A stretch of DNA of 64,000 bases from Haliotis cracherodii (taxonomy: Eukaryota), in assembly GCF_022045235.1 (NCBI RefSeq), contig NW_027266275.1:21514001-21578000 (forward strand), in the 5' to 3' direction. Numbering within the stretch: the first letter of the stretch is position 1; each line of letters opens with the position of its first letter. A program made the position numbers and the translations under genes. Below, one piece after another: positions 37,319 to 51,075 of the stretch. Under the pieces are notes generated by a model, which saw nothing but the letters and a program-made list of their open reading frames with translations, made no database searches and was not told the origin of the DNA.

Positions 37319-40300
37319 CAGATCTATATTAGTGTAACAGTAAAGACGTTATAAAATAGCGTATGAACAGGCGCCAAACGTGCACCAATTGATTATTTAT
37401 TCAAAAGCATTTGGGAAGGACAGACACCTTCATTCCTAAAAAAGCTTTACATCAACTCACAAGTGCTTTATAGATGCACCACGATACATTATGTGTATAA
37501 AGTATTAGCAAATAAACAAACATCTTCATCTTCGTTTGCACCTGTGTTATCCCTACACATCGTCTTGCATGCCAACCAATAAAACAAAATTTTAGGGAAA
37601 TGAGCCAGAAAACATCCATTACTTTGTACCTTGAACATAGCTGCTCGTCTGCATACTGACAGTCAAAAGCGATGTTCAAACTAGCGTAGATTCAAACACG
37701 AGCGATATATTCAGAAGATAATGCAACAACAATGGCGCCTATTGACTTCGGAAGTCACTGGTTACGGTCGTCAAGGACGGAAGGGAGACCACTCTCATTT
37801 GCGGAGACCTTGGAAAACTGCTAATATATAATCAGGTATTTTGCGTCTGCAATCACATCATTTATTCAAATAAGAAAACCCCAATGCGATGCTTTACGGA
37901 GCGCCAAAATTAATGTCTTATGTTGAAACGATATTTAATCAAATATAAAAGTACTGTTTAAAAACGCCGAGCGAAAAACTGTTGCAATTGAGTGCACCCA
38001 TACAGTAGGAGAGAGACGCCTCAGCACACTTCGGTGCAGTGATGACGTATCTTTAACCACACACTGAACACGATTGGCCCTTTCCGCTTAAAAAAGACCC
38101 CTGAGGTACCATTGTAATCCGGAACTATATTAACCTCTCGACCTCGTTAGCACATGACCGTCACGTGATGTCTGTCGACCCCTATGATGAACCCCTTGTC
38201 AGATGGAAAGGCCGCAGAAAACTGGTAATATGGTAGCGGCATGTGATTATGAATTGAGATAGATCACAACATAGCATCTTATGTGACAAAAAGCGTCCTT
38301 TCGGAAAAAGATATGCGGTTCTAAATGTGTGCCGATCATGATAACTCTAGAGCGTGTCCCATCGTGCTTGCACTTTCAGTCACCATGTTGGAATACTATT
38401 TGTATAAAGTTCTTTTGAATATATTAAGGATAAAAACTTGGAAATAGATAACTACTTATATACAATACTAACGAAAATTAAACATTGATAAACATGTCAA
38501 AATGTTTCAAAAGTTTGACAAAATGCTATTTATATATATACCATTAACATATAATGACATGGTCTTAATTTCATAACGTCAACATGTCTGAAACATTGAC
38601 GATGCGAAGTTATATAATTACTCACTCACTCACACTTCAACTAGCAAGTTAACTGGGGGGCAAAAGAAAGTAAACGCCAATGATTGATGGTGGCTAAAAA
38701 TGAAACAAAGAAGAAATGGTTATTCGATGATGATGTATTTGAGACGGGTATCATAGTAATGTTTTGGACTCAATCTCATTAAAATCAGATCTAAGTTCTC
38801 GTTGTCGCTAAACAAAGCATAGAGATAGCGAGAACTAAGATCTGATTTTAATGAGATTGGTTTTGGACCCTAAGTTTCGATGTCTCAGCCTAGTAAGGTT
38901 TTGATAACGTTTGTAGTTTTTTGATCAAATCAAATGTTCAAGACAGTGAATACTTTCTTTTGCCTAGCAGTTTCGACCAAGTCAATGAAGGCCTAGCCAG
39001 GGGTATGGCTGAGGCGCAACCACCCAAGCCACACAATTACAGGTGTATCAAAATTATACTTAGTTTTATTAGGACCTGCCCTTCATACTAATACATATAT
39101 GTATACATGTAAACAAATTGAAATTGTATATAGATTAAATCATTCTTTTGGGGCCTTAGTCGTAATATACTAAAAGTGAACGACTGTCAATGTATTAAGA
39201 AAAGTATAACATGGATCATACTAGTTTACAACATACGTCTAAACAAATTGGTGTATGATGGACTTTACCTACATCAATAATTCCTGTACATTTCCATGTT
39301 TCGTTTGCATTTCAAAGTCAATGTAATTCAATACGAAACGTTCATGCTTCAATCTCATTAAAATTAGATCTTTAACTCCGATTCAACACCACACTGCGTG
39401 AATATCCGACGTCACCTCCATAGAAGGTCGCGAACCTTGACCTAAATGAAGAATGCGGGTTCTTGAGCCAATCAGATGTTAGCTTTTCTGAAACGATTCA
39501 GCTTCATAACCACCACGATTCGGAATTTTTTTACCTATCGAAAACAACCACAGAACTAGAATATGACCCCGATATTACTACCTTTTGGGTGTACATGTCA
39601 CGGCGCTAAGAACCGACTTGGTGTATGAAACATACACAACAATATAGTCGTGCGGCTTTATTTTTTCCATTCGGAACACCCGATTATGTTAGTTTTGGAG
39701 ATACAGAAATACAAAGATTCCAATCTGTAGTGACTGATGTTGATATCTTCTGACTCACTTGCCCAAGCTGTGGTAATGATATCATCATTTAGGTTGAAAT
39801 TTTCCTGAAACAAACAATACTGATCATAAAGTAAAAATAGAAGAAAATAGAAATAGTATTTTTTGTTTGTTTTTATAATCAAACATCCTTTATTAAAAAT
39901 ATATGTCCAGAAATATTTTTAAAAAGTGTTTGTGCTCTTTAGTAAAAAAATTCATTTCAAGTCTTCATACTAGAATTTGCTATTATTCATAGTTGTTAGG
40001 AAAACATTACTAAAAATGTTTCATGTATACTACAATTTCTTATGGGTTTTATTTTGCAAGTGAAATTACCAAAATATTTTACGTATCAGCTGAGGTCTGC
40101 AAGCAAAAGTAATTAGTTGTCTGGACACAACAATATGTGACATGCACAGAGCATTGCAGTGGGGCCCTTTTAAGGATGTATTGAAAGTTGTTTTTAATGC
40201 ACGCATATAAATTTTTTACATGTACGTTTAAAAGATAGGCATGCTACGTAAAAGTATATAAATTATCTATGAAAAATTTAAGAAACGAGAATAATTGCAA

Positions 40301-42349
40301 TATTTAACAAAAATAATTATACTGAATCCCTAAACGGGCCCCAAGGTATCAGACAGCATATAACTTTTATGTAGCATAACTTGAGCTAAATAGGATAGTT
40401 TACACTAAAATTGAAATTTCCTGAAACTGAATATACGCTAGGAAGCATTTCTAGTTAAGTTTAACATGTAGCAAATGGTTGCAATATACTTTTAATGAAA
40501 CAGATCAAGCCTATGTTGTCAGTCATGTTATTATGAAGAAATCATTGCCATTCAATTTCTCAATAATTATCAATGAACCAACATAGATAGCACGCGTCAT
40601 AATATTCTATAAATATTCACTTACCTATTTAGATGAATTTCAGCGGGTCTTGGTTGATGATAAGCCTTCATTGATGATGGAAAAACACTTCTTGTCAGGG
40701 TTGTCTCAGCCATGTTGACTTGAAAGGTCAATGTCACAAGGGGAGATAACTCATTTTCATAATATTTACCTACAACTAGTCATTATTGCTGTCATTTACC
40801 CTGGCATCAAGTGGTCAAGTTTGAGCGTCATTTATTCGCAAACTATGGACCCCAAAAATTGGAAACATTGGTTTTTATGTTGAGTAGGCTCTATAGTATG
40901 TAAAAATATATACAGATGCAAATCTCCAAATTTTTTGAACGAAAAATCAAAAACGTACACAATACAATGGACTAAATCAGATATGCTTGTCTGAATGCTT
41001 CGCTCACTCAGCTGTAACCCAAAAGAAGCGTCCGTTTAGAACCCGTGACAAATGAGGGTCCTATAACGCATGCTTGCCGTAAACGTGACCAAAATGTCAA
41101 CCGCGTGGCGAGTTGAGTGTAGATATCGCCTGGATGGGTGGCCGGTTGAGACTACGGACTCTCATTTGTTATGCGTCTGATTGTGTGTCACCGTACCCCG
41201 ATGACGCATAGAATCAAAGCAGTGACAAAGTAGAACGGATCTAAAAACGACACAAGCCATTGCCCTAGATATCGAAGCCGATTATTAGTTTGCGACAGTC
41301 GGATACGTCTATCCGTAGTGTCACCATTTATCGACACTGGACAGGCTTAATCCTATCACAGTGGTGTCCGCGTCTCACATTAATGAAGTTAACGCGGTCG
41401 GTCCACCGGAGACATGACGCCCACGTCAATATTGCGACATCGCCGTGGGCGACTGGGAGATTTTTCAATGCACTCGGAACTCTTCCATGACAGGATATAA
41501 AATATTCAGATTCCAGGCTAGTGGGCGATCATCAATAGTAACTACAGTTTGACCCAATTATGACGGGATTTAAACTACTTCAGGTCTGGATTCCAAAAAG
41601 GAATGGCCCCTCTCGCGGATTTTCCGTACAGCATCGATCAAATGCACCACATCTTATCTTTCAGTCTTTCACCACGTGTCTTCAAACACACTTTTCACAG
41701 GTTTCTCCTGATATTAATCACTTATCGAAGTACCAGTATTACGTTAAGAAGTTATTTCAAAGCATTTACGCCTCTGTCAAACATACACTGGCTGACATGC
41801 CTTAAACTTCGGTCCGAGGAGAGGTTTTATTAAAAAGTAATAATAGGATATGTTCACACGACTGTGAAAAAACTACACAGTTTGAATGAAATAAATCAAT
41901 CATGCTTTGCTTCTCAGCCTGTCCATTTCATAATGTTGACATGTACATAATTACATTCGAACAACCGTTAAGATCTCGAAGGATAGGCTTATATAATCAA
42001 TATATAATGTCCCTTTGTTTCGCGTCACCGATTATGAATCCTCGTTTATTCAATGTATTATAATCGCCATCCTATAATGATAAATACACTGGACCCATTC
42101 GCCGCCGTACCTTTGTTTTGCGTCGGGATTGAATGACACAACGCTAAACATAGTCACCCAATCAAATTACGATTATGATTGAAACGATCGGCGATATCAC
42201 CGGTACTCAACTCGATGTTTGCCGGTACAAACAAAACGGTAACGTCTTGTATCATAAAGACTTCCCTCCCTTGTCTTAGTACTCGGGAAAGCATCTTTTC
42301 CACTGAGGTGAAAACTCCTTTCATAATAGCCTCCATATTCGATTAAATA

Positions 42350-42570
42350 AACTGCCGGGCGAAGAAAGTTGGACTTGAAAATAGGATTTGACCAAACAGT
42401 TTTCAAACATTACTAGGCTGAAAAATGTCGCCGAAACACTGCAAACGTCAGGTCCAAAATACAACTATGATACCAGTATCAAATAAATCTCCATCGAATG
42501 ACCATTTCTTGTTTGTTTTATATTTAGCGACCATCAAACATGGGTGTACACTTTCTTTTTGCCAGCAGTT
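42350..42570. mobile_element. TA-type (Tc1/mariner-like) MITE
   Basis: aactgccgggcgaagaaagt... / ...actttctttttgccagcagtt; homologous to 43559-43781. Confidence 0.7.
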
Positions 42571-43558
42571 GAGATATTTACGCAGCCAGTTACGGCTTCT
42601 CACCCAGAAGTAAGTCACACAGCTGCAGCCTGACTGTATGCGTTTGATATTTTGCATGATTGAAAAAAAACCATAAAACGATACCAAAGTTTGAGAATTG
42701 TTTATTAGCACCTAAAAGCGCATACTTGCAAATGTAATTAATCGTTTTGTCAGTTACCACAATTTATCCATTGAGACCAGCCTGTGTCAGTCCATACCGA
42801 GAAAAGACAGAGTGAGTACATTTTGAAAAAAAACACATCTTCTGTTTGAGATGACTTACGCTTTATTTTGAAGCTATTATTAAGCAAATGTTATTGCATA
42901 TATCACAAAATATACCCACTGGCGTAATATATTCACAATAAAGAAATGTTTGACACACAATAAGCTGAATGATCTGAAGAACGCGTGTATATAAAATTTA
43001 TATTCAGTCACTAAACCTTGACGACGAGAGTTCCGTAACCGTCATTCAAGCTATGTTATTGTATACATTACATATGATGCATCACCATTGTTTGGTGTAT
43101 TAAGAAATGGATCAGAGCCCGAATCTGATAATATAATATTAAATAATTTCAATTGACGCGGGTTCATATATCAAACAAACGAATGAAGATTACCTGAATA
43201 ATATGACCATTATCTCTGAACTTGTAGTATTATAAGAAATGGATTGATCTTTGCAAGAGCAGATTTGTCTTTGAAATAAATTGGTCTGGGAGATTCATGT
43301 CTCTTTGAAACATAAGCTAGATTCACATCTGCAGAAGGCTGTTTGCAACCCACACTGATAAACCGACATAAACTTGTGTTGGTTTGAAAGACCCTGGGAA
43401 GTAACAACGAGTGGCATATTTCGAGAAATTACAAGAGAACCAAGAAAATACTCTTCCCACGCTTAATCAATATATCAAACATCACGGTGTTTATTCCTAT
43501 AAATTCAATCTGTCGGTATGATCTGCCCGTAGCATATGACACACGCGTTTATTAAATA

Positions 43559-43781
43559 AACAGCCGGGCAAAAGAAAGTATACACTTGAAAACTGTATTT
43601 GACCAAAACATTACAAACGTTTCAAAACGTTACCTGGCTGAAAACAGTAGCCGAAACACTTCAAACTTGTGGTACAAAACACAGCAAAACAAATACATCA
43701 CCATCGAATAACAATTTCTTGTTTGTTTGTGTCATTTTAGCCAGAAAAAATGGGTGTATACTTTTTTTTGGCCCGGCAGTT
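43559..43781. mobile_element. TA-flanked MITE
   Basis: TIR aacagccgggcaaaagaaagtatacac / gtgtatacttttttttggcccggcagtt with TA on both sides. Confidence 0.8.
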
Positions 43782-44423
43782 TATGTCACTCACTCACTCA
43801 CTCACTCACAACCCCAGGGCGTGCCATCACACCTTTAACTTGTCGATAGCAAGGCCCGGCAGTTTATGTCACTCACTCACTCACTCACTCACAACCCCTG
43901 GGCGTGCCATCACACCTTTAACTTGTCGATAGCAAGGCCCGGCAGTTTATGTCACTCACTCACTCACTCACAACCCCTGGGCATGCCATCACACCTTTAA
44001 CTTGTCGATAGCAAGGCCCGGCAGTTTATGTCACTCACTCACTCACTCACTCACAACCCCAGGGCGTGCCATCACACCTTTAACTTGTCGATAGCAAGGC
44101 CCGGCAGTTTATGTCACTCACTCACTCACTCACTCACAACCCCTGGGCGTGCCATCACACCTTTAACTTGTCGATAGCAAGGCCCGGCAGTTTATGTCAC
44201 TCACTCACTCACTCACAACCCCTGGGCATGCCATCACACCTTTAACTTGTCGATAGCAAGGCCCGGCAGTTTATGTCACTCACTCACTCACTCACTCACA
44301 ACCCCAGGGCGTGCCATCACACCTTTAACTTGTCGATAGCAAGGCCCGGCAGTTTATGTCACTCACTCACTCACTCACAACCCCTGGGCATGCCATCACA
44401 CCTTTAACTTGTCGGTAGCAAGG
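43770..44423. repeat. 79/83-bp minisatellite, 8 units
   Basis: Units start at 43770, 43853, 43936, 44015, 44098, 44181, 44260 and 44343. Confidence 0.95.
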
Positions 44424-44826
44424 AACACACTTCGCGGGTCTTTAGCACATCGCGATCTTAGCGCCGTGATTGTAGCATTTGGCATCCCAGTATTTCTATT
44501 TAATGCAACTCTTTATATCGTCCCTCAAACATTGTCAACAATTGCATGGTCTTGGCAGTGATATTCGCAACATGCATCTGTGGACATTGGAAAAATGGGA
44601 ATTTTGCTGTCGTATTTATCCATTATCAATCTCGACCAGCGTCTGATGTTCACCTTCGGCATTTCCCTGTGTAGATCAAGTCCCATTACTGTAGCAATAG
44701 CACATTCGTCTAATGACTGCCGCCCACGTTGTCGTCTCTAGGAGAAATGTCGCCAGAGTCATTGAAGGAAATTTCGCAATTCGAACTTCAAGACATTTCT
44801 TTCATGATGGTCAATGTTATTAATGA

Positions 44827-44974
44827 GTGATTGGGTATGTTTTTTCGCCGCTTTTAGCAATATTCCAGCAATATCACGGCGGTGAACACCAGAACTCGGC
44901 TTCACGCATTGTATCCATGTGTGTCTTCGGCGTGACGAGCGAACGCTTTAACCACTAGGCTACTCCAGCGCCCT
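44827..44974 (-). mobile_element. tRNA-derived SINE, family A
   Basis: 14-bp TSD aatgttattaatga. Confidence 0.9.
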
Positions 44975-45064
44975 AATGTTATTAATGAAAATGATATACA
45001 TGAAACCTCTATAATGACACATCCTCGATGATCCAGTGTATTGTATCTCCATTCTATTACGACG

Positions 45065-45310
45065 GGGGGCACGCCGCAAATTGCGGCGTTGAATTGCGTC
45101 CCTTAGGCACGCCAGGAAACTATGATTGCGGGTTCGAATCCCGTTTCACCCCGATTATGTTTCTAGGTTTGACAGCACAATACACGTGCTCGTGGGTTTC
45201 ACAAAAGTGGTAAACGTCTTAGACCTGCATCACTTCGGGCTTTCCTACCACATCAAGCTGACACTCTGTGAAATAATGTTCGAAGCGGCGTTAAACCCAA
45301 CTCACCCACA
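45065..45310 (+). mobile_element. tRNA-derived SINE, family C
   Basis: B-box GGTTCGAATCC; paralogue at 45735-45985; tail resembles families A and B. Confidence 0.7.
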
Positions 45311-45734
45311 CCTTGGCACATTCGCCACCTTTGCTTTGTTTTTGAGGCCGGTTTAAATGACATGACGCTGAAATCAAACGTCCAATCAAATCACATTGCA
45401 CTATTCTGTGATGAGTTGAACAAGCAGCGATATCGCATGTACTGGGCTCGACTGTGTGCCGTCGCAAATCATCTTCCCGGGACAATGGAGTCAACTGACT
45501 ATAAAGGTTCCCACCCTTCCGGAACAGCTGGAATTATGGAGTCATATTTTGGCTCGACTTACGTGTCTCTGCATAGTCCAATCAAAATCGAGTAATGATA
45601 TCGACATTTGGATCATAAACAACAAGGCGACTGCCGTGCAGATTTCGGTCGATTGCAGGATTTGCAGAACATGTGTACCGGCAACTGGGCGTCAACAGAT
45701 ATTTCCAAATCTTTTCATATTTTAGTCGTGAAAA

Positions 45735-45985
45735 GCGCCGCGATTCGCTGTGCAGAGTTGCGTCCCTTGGGCACGCCAGAAACCTATGATTGTGGGTTCG
45801 AATCCCGGTTCACCCCGATTATGTTTCTAGGTTTGTCAGCATCATACCCGTGCTCGTAGGTTTCATCGAAGTGGTAAACGTCGGAGACCTGCATCACTTC
45901 GGGCTTTCCTCCCACATTAAGCTGACACGCCGTGATATAACTGGAATACTGTTAAAAGCGGCATTAAACCCAACTCACTCACTTA
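45735..45985 (+). mobile_element. tRNA-derived SINE, family C
   Basis: Direct repeat of 45065-45310 with an (ACTC)n tail. Confidence 0.7.
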
Positions 45986-46817
45986 TGTATGTCACTTCCA
46001 AAAGGAAGGTATGGTGGTCATTGGTCCACTGATCATTGACGAATGGAGATACCATATACAATGGATAAACGAGGATGAAATCGGCGCTAATGGTTGTATT
46101 TTGTATTTTGACTGACATTGATTAAAGATGATGATGATCTATAAAAGATGAATGTGTGTTTCATGTTCGGTTGATGAGGTTTCTTTAAAAAATCAGTGTT
46201 AATGCGCCTTTTCAAACCGAGATTTTGGAGAGCTACCAGTAATTACAGACCTCATGAAATATCAAGCGATACTGTTTTTAAGACTTGAATCAAGGTGTAG
46301 GTATTGCCTAACATTGCTCAATTAAGGCAATTTCCAACATTAGAAATGTGCAAAAATGTCATTGTACATCAAGGACGGGCTCTCGGTTTCACTCGCCATC
46401 ACTCGGTATCTCTCGGAACAATTCGGCAAGAAAAGTCATGTACCAATACACGTGTATGTGCATACCCGTTGTGGGGTATTGGAGGTACAGTAAGACGATG
46501 TGACGGTCTAATTTCCGCATTTGATTTGAACATCAATGGGCGCTTCTTTATTCCTTATATTCAAGGGACGTTTATTTGACATTTAAAAAAGAAAGACAAT
46601 TCCCCCTAGTCGGACTTATTTTGAGACCAACATTTTTTTAGGCTTGCATACGAAACTACCTGTGTTCACCCGAGTTGGACTCAATGAGAATGTGATATGG
46701 TGCCTGCAGACCAAGGCCACAATCGGGTTGAATGTGGGATTCGAACCCCCGACCAGAGGATCCTAGCAACTGTACAGCGGCGCCTTAGATCAATGAACAA
46801 CTAGTGCTCCTGAAATG

Positions 46818-46975
46818 GTGAGCGAGAATGCTTTTACGCCATTTTAGCAATGTTCCAGATACATCACGGAGAAGGACACCCTGAATGACCTTCACACATT
46901 GTACCCATCTGGGAATTCGAACCCGGACCTTTGCCGTGACAAACGAGCGCTTAACCACTAGACTACCACCCGCCC
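46818..46975 (-). mobile_element. tRNA-derived SINE, family A (diverged)
   Basis: Homology to family A. Confidence 0.8.
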
Positions 46976-48189
46976 TTGCAATACAGGACCGTTTAAGAAG
47001 TAAGTCATTTCCCACACAGACTGAAAACAGACTTGACAGACTACAGAAACAAATACACAAGAGTAAGATCTGGAATCCTTCTCAGAACATGCACATAAGC
47101 GATGTTGTTTAATTATTAAGTTACAGCAGAGACAGCCAACATTATCCAGGTCTATAAGACGCGTTATAATTACTCGGAGGTAGCGCTAACGCGGGGCATG
47201 ATACATCTTTTAAAAGGTCATAGATGGCTCCTCACACGTGCATATGGAGTATAATCTAAAACAAACTTAGTTGCCTATAATATTTAATTGCTTCACAAGT
47301 CTATGCCCCCAAATAGCGAAATAGCTGTTATGAACACCCTTCCAAAAATATTTCTCTTTCGCTATTTCCTAACAACGTGTATATGGGGCTAAATACATCA
47401 GTATTCTTTTCATAACAACACTTTAATCCCAAACTATGAAGTAAACAGCGGGGTTATAATGAGGTTATGGAGTATCATCTACCAATATAGCATGTGAGAC
47501 ATACGTTTATTAGATATGTCTTATTTAACGTATTAATTTCTACTGTCGACATCGATATGCACGTAGGAAACTCGAAAACATAGTCAACCCAAACGGTTGT
47601 CTTTGGCGTTCTCATGTGAACGTAATAATTATATCTTTCTCTGAATGATTGGACGGATATTTTACCATGCCATTGGAATCGGACTAAACACGAACCAACA
47701 TTCATGAATTGATCCAGGGTATGAAAATTAAATTGAAACCAAACATACTGGATCACGGAGAATAATCTGGAATAACACGTACCCTACCTTCCTTAACACA
47801 TTAAGGTATACTTTGATTGTATAAAAATTCAAATGAAAGCTTTTTTGTGTAGCTTCCCGAAAAAAGAAGAAGAAGAAGCACATGTTAAAATTAGGTTTAA
47901 TATGTAGATGGCTGGCGTGTGATTTATGTCTCGGCTTACACAATATAGTTGAATTACGTTAACAAACCACTTTACATTATAGTGGAAGACTTTCCCTCCA
48001 ATGTACTAGGGTCTTATGTCACGCCAAATAGCATTATTTCAGATATTCTAAAACTGTATGATAGTTCGGGTTAAGAACACAGCTAGATTGCATTGATACT
48101 ATTGAGGCGTAACAGGGTTTAACGGCGAGTTCAAAGTTATTGTACGTAGATGTAGCGCGTGCGTGCGTGTGTGAGTGCTTCTAATAGTC

Positions 48190-48372
48190 CCGACGAATGC
48201 CGGTTTTATAGTGCTAGCCAACCGAGATACCATGCCACTACCCAACTCAGACACAGTATTCTGACTCCGAGCCGACCAGTCCTTGTTTTAGCCCCTTAAT
48301 GCCGAGCACCAATCAGGTTAACAATACCACCTGTTTACGTCATTTGGTATGACGCGACCTGGGATCGAATCA
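48190..48372 (-). mobile_element. SINE family D (Meta/MESC-domain-like)
   Basis: Reverse complement of the cgtcataccaaa...cggcattaaggggctaaaacaaggactggtcggc body also seen at 57243-57402. Confidence 0.65.
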
Positions 48373-48384
48373 CGTCGAAATTGG

Positions 48385-48555
48385 AGTGAGTGAGTGAGTG
48401 AGTATGGTTTTACGCCGCTTTTAGCAATATTCCAGCAATATCACGGCGGGGGACACCAGAAATGGGCTTCACACATTGTACCCATGTCGGGATTTGAACC
48501 CGGGTCTTCGGCGTGACGAGCGAACGCTTTAACCACTTGGCTACCCGACCGCCCC
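48385..48555 (-). mobile_element. tRNA-derived SINE, family A (near consensus)
   Basis: Intact head, body and tail. Confidence 0.92.
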
Positions 48556-48938
48556 CGTCGCCATTTGAAGCCTGGATATATGGTGACAATGAAACTTTGA
48601 AGCCACTATTGTTAAATCTTTAATAGATATCAGTCCAAGATGTGTATATTTAATCTATAACGGAAACATCTAAAAAACTCCGTCCTTCTTCACGTGAGAC
48701 CACAGTGACACAGACATTTGACGGCCTCTGTCTGGATCAGCCAAGCCATGGTCTAAGATCCACGCCCGCCCTATATCGTCTTAATGTACAGGTCGGTTCA
48801 CAGTGGGATTTCAGTGCAACAACAAATATTACCGACAATGATACCTGCATTAATAACCGCATTTCACCAGGACGACATGACTTATCCGTATTCACTATCA
48901 ATGTAGAGGAGTGGTGAAAGCTTCCGTTCGTCACGCCG

Positions 48939-49219
48939 TGGGGCGCTCGGGTAGCCTGGTTGTTAAAGCGTTCGCTCGTCTCGCCGAAGACCCGGGTTCG
49001 ATTCCCAACATGGGTACAATGTGTGAAGCCTATTTCTGGTGTCCCCTGACGTGATATTGCTGGAATCTTGCTAAAAGCGGCGTTAAACCATACTCACTCA
49101 CTCGTCACGCCGAAGACCCGGGTTCGATTCCCCACATGGCAAAAATGAATGAAGCCCATTTCTCTTGTCCCCTGTCCTTATTAGGATATTGCTAAAACCG
49201 GCGAAAAAAACATACTCAT
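48939..49219 (+). mobile_element. Two tandem family-A SINEs (the second 5'-truncated)
   Basis: Body repeated at about 48939-49102 and 49100-49219. Confidence 0.85.
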
Positions 49220-50814
49220 ATAGCTTTATACAATATGAATATTTCCCGAACTGTCATGACATAATGTCCTCATTGACGTTTCCATATTCCACACAATAAA
49301 AAAACATTTCTGTAGTGGCACGAACGGCTCATTCGGATTGTGACATATGATATATTAAACCACTCGCTCAAAGACAAAAGACAGTTATACCAGCCGTTCC
49401 AAAAGATTTATGTTGTAAAGTTGGCGTGATATAACAATATATATAACAAATGACGTCCCTGTCTTACATATACGTGAAACTTCATTCTACCTGAGGCAAG
49501 GCAGGGCATAAATGACGGTCAGCTTTTCTGTGGTAATGGTGAAATATGATAGTCTTTATCCCGTGTTTTTAGACGACACATGTTTATGGTCCAGCATACA
49601 TACCAGCATCCGATCAGAGGCTCCATCTGATGCAGCCCTTTGATGCAGCACGAGACGGACAAATCCATGCTCTTGGCGTTTATTTTTCCAGGGAGTCTAT
49701 ATAATTATAAGTCTTAAATAGAGTCCTTGTTTTTTGGTAGCTTGTTAAAAATGTATGTTGGTAAATCGACTGAAGGTCCCAGTTGCTCGGTCTCTCTGCT
49801 TAGGTATATGAATCCCTGCGAGGCCTTCGCTGATTTTTTTGCAAAAACGGTTTTAGGCAAACAAAGATGCTTTCCTTTCCTGTTTTTATCCAACGCCCGA
49901 GGTTTGCTACATTTTTGGATTCAACTCAAGTCTGACTACTGCCATGGTAACACCTTCCCTTTTATTGCATTCTTTCAACACAAAAATATAAGAATCGAGT
50001 AATTCATTCCTGATCCTAAAACACACATGAACAAATATCGTATTGGCTATATGGGTTTCAGTTAACCAAATCTCCACCAAGATTGTAGGCCTCAGTCAAA
50101 TTCAGTCTCATTAAAATCAGATCTTAGTTCTTCACCCACCAACTCATTCACTCACTCTCTCGCTCACTGTGCTTCATAAACCATGACTTCATAGTCAATG
50201 AAACTAACAATTCATTTCTGTTAGGAGGGTAATGTCAAGTTCCCCTGCAATATTTCCATGCGTTGTCGTAATCAGTGGAAGCCTTATCTCATACCTCGAG
50301 GACATGTCCGTACGTCCAGGGTCATACACGACCACCAAGGAACTTGACAGTGGTAAGACCTTCGTGAAGCAAGAATTAGCCGCTATAGATTGCCTTTCTC
50401 AGAGCTAACGGCCGTAATGGAGTCGACCAGACGTCAGCGTAGTCTCCGGGTTTCCGAACGAGCTTGGTTATTGTGAACTACCACCTATTTACCAGCTTAA
50501 GGGAGCTCGGTTCTCTTTAATATGCCCGCAGATGAAATCAGCCACATGGTGTTCACGTTAACTGAAGCAGCTCAATCATAAGACCACATCAATTTCTGCT
50601 TTCAACGGTTTCTTTGTCTAATTTAGCTGAAGCGTTTGAGTTGCTATGGTAATGCAAAGCCGATACCGTTGCACACGGCATAGACACTAGATATAATACG
50701 TATTTTTAATACATTGTACAACAAAGATGTTGAAAGAGTAACGTTGAATTGCTTTTGTCTTTAAGGGTCATTAAAAGGTTGTCGTTTGCTTTCCGGATTT
50801 CGTGGAATCAAAGG

Positions 50815-51075
50815 CTTGTTTGTTTGTTTTTTAACGCTGAACTCCAATATTCCAGCTATATCACAGCGGTCTGTTAATAATCGAGTCTGCATCAGACAAT
50901 CCAGTGATTGACGTCATGAGCATCGATCCACGCAAATGGGATACGATGACATGCATCAACAAGGTCAGCGAGCCTGACCACCCGATCCCGTTAGTCGCCT
51001 CTTACGACAAGCATAGTCGACTTTATTGCAAGCATACGTTGCTGAAGACCTTTGCTAACCCGGATCTTCACGGGT
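50815..51075 (-). mobile_element. Short retroposon, family B, full length
   Basis: Ends in cccggatcttcacgggtc, the reverse complement of the head. Confidence 0.85.

Larger units (their letters stand above)
16031..42416. repeat. Tandem segmental duplication, 4 copies (about 16031-21817, 21815-27068, 27066-33312, 33310-42416)
   Basis: Identical ORFs recur at 17319/22574/27825/34605 and 19252/24507/29995/36643; junctions were read directly. Confidence 0.95.

Noticed and set aside
40161-40342. Short ggggccc…gggcccc inverted termini
   Set aside because: The TIR is too short, with no TSD or second copy to support a MITE call.
43770-44423. CRISPR-like periodicity
   Set aside because: The units are near-identical throughout, with no variable spacers.
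48385-48555. Family-A heads as tRNA genes
   Set aside because: They continue into a shared body and microsatellite tail with TSDs, so they are SINEs rather than tRNAs.
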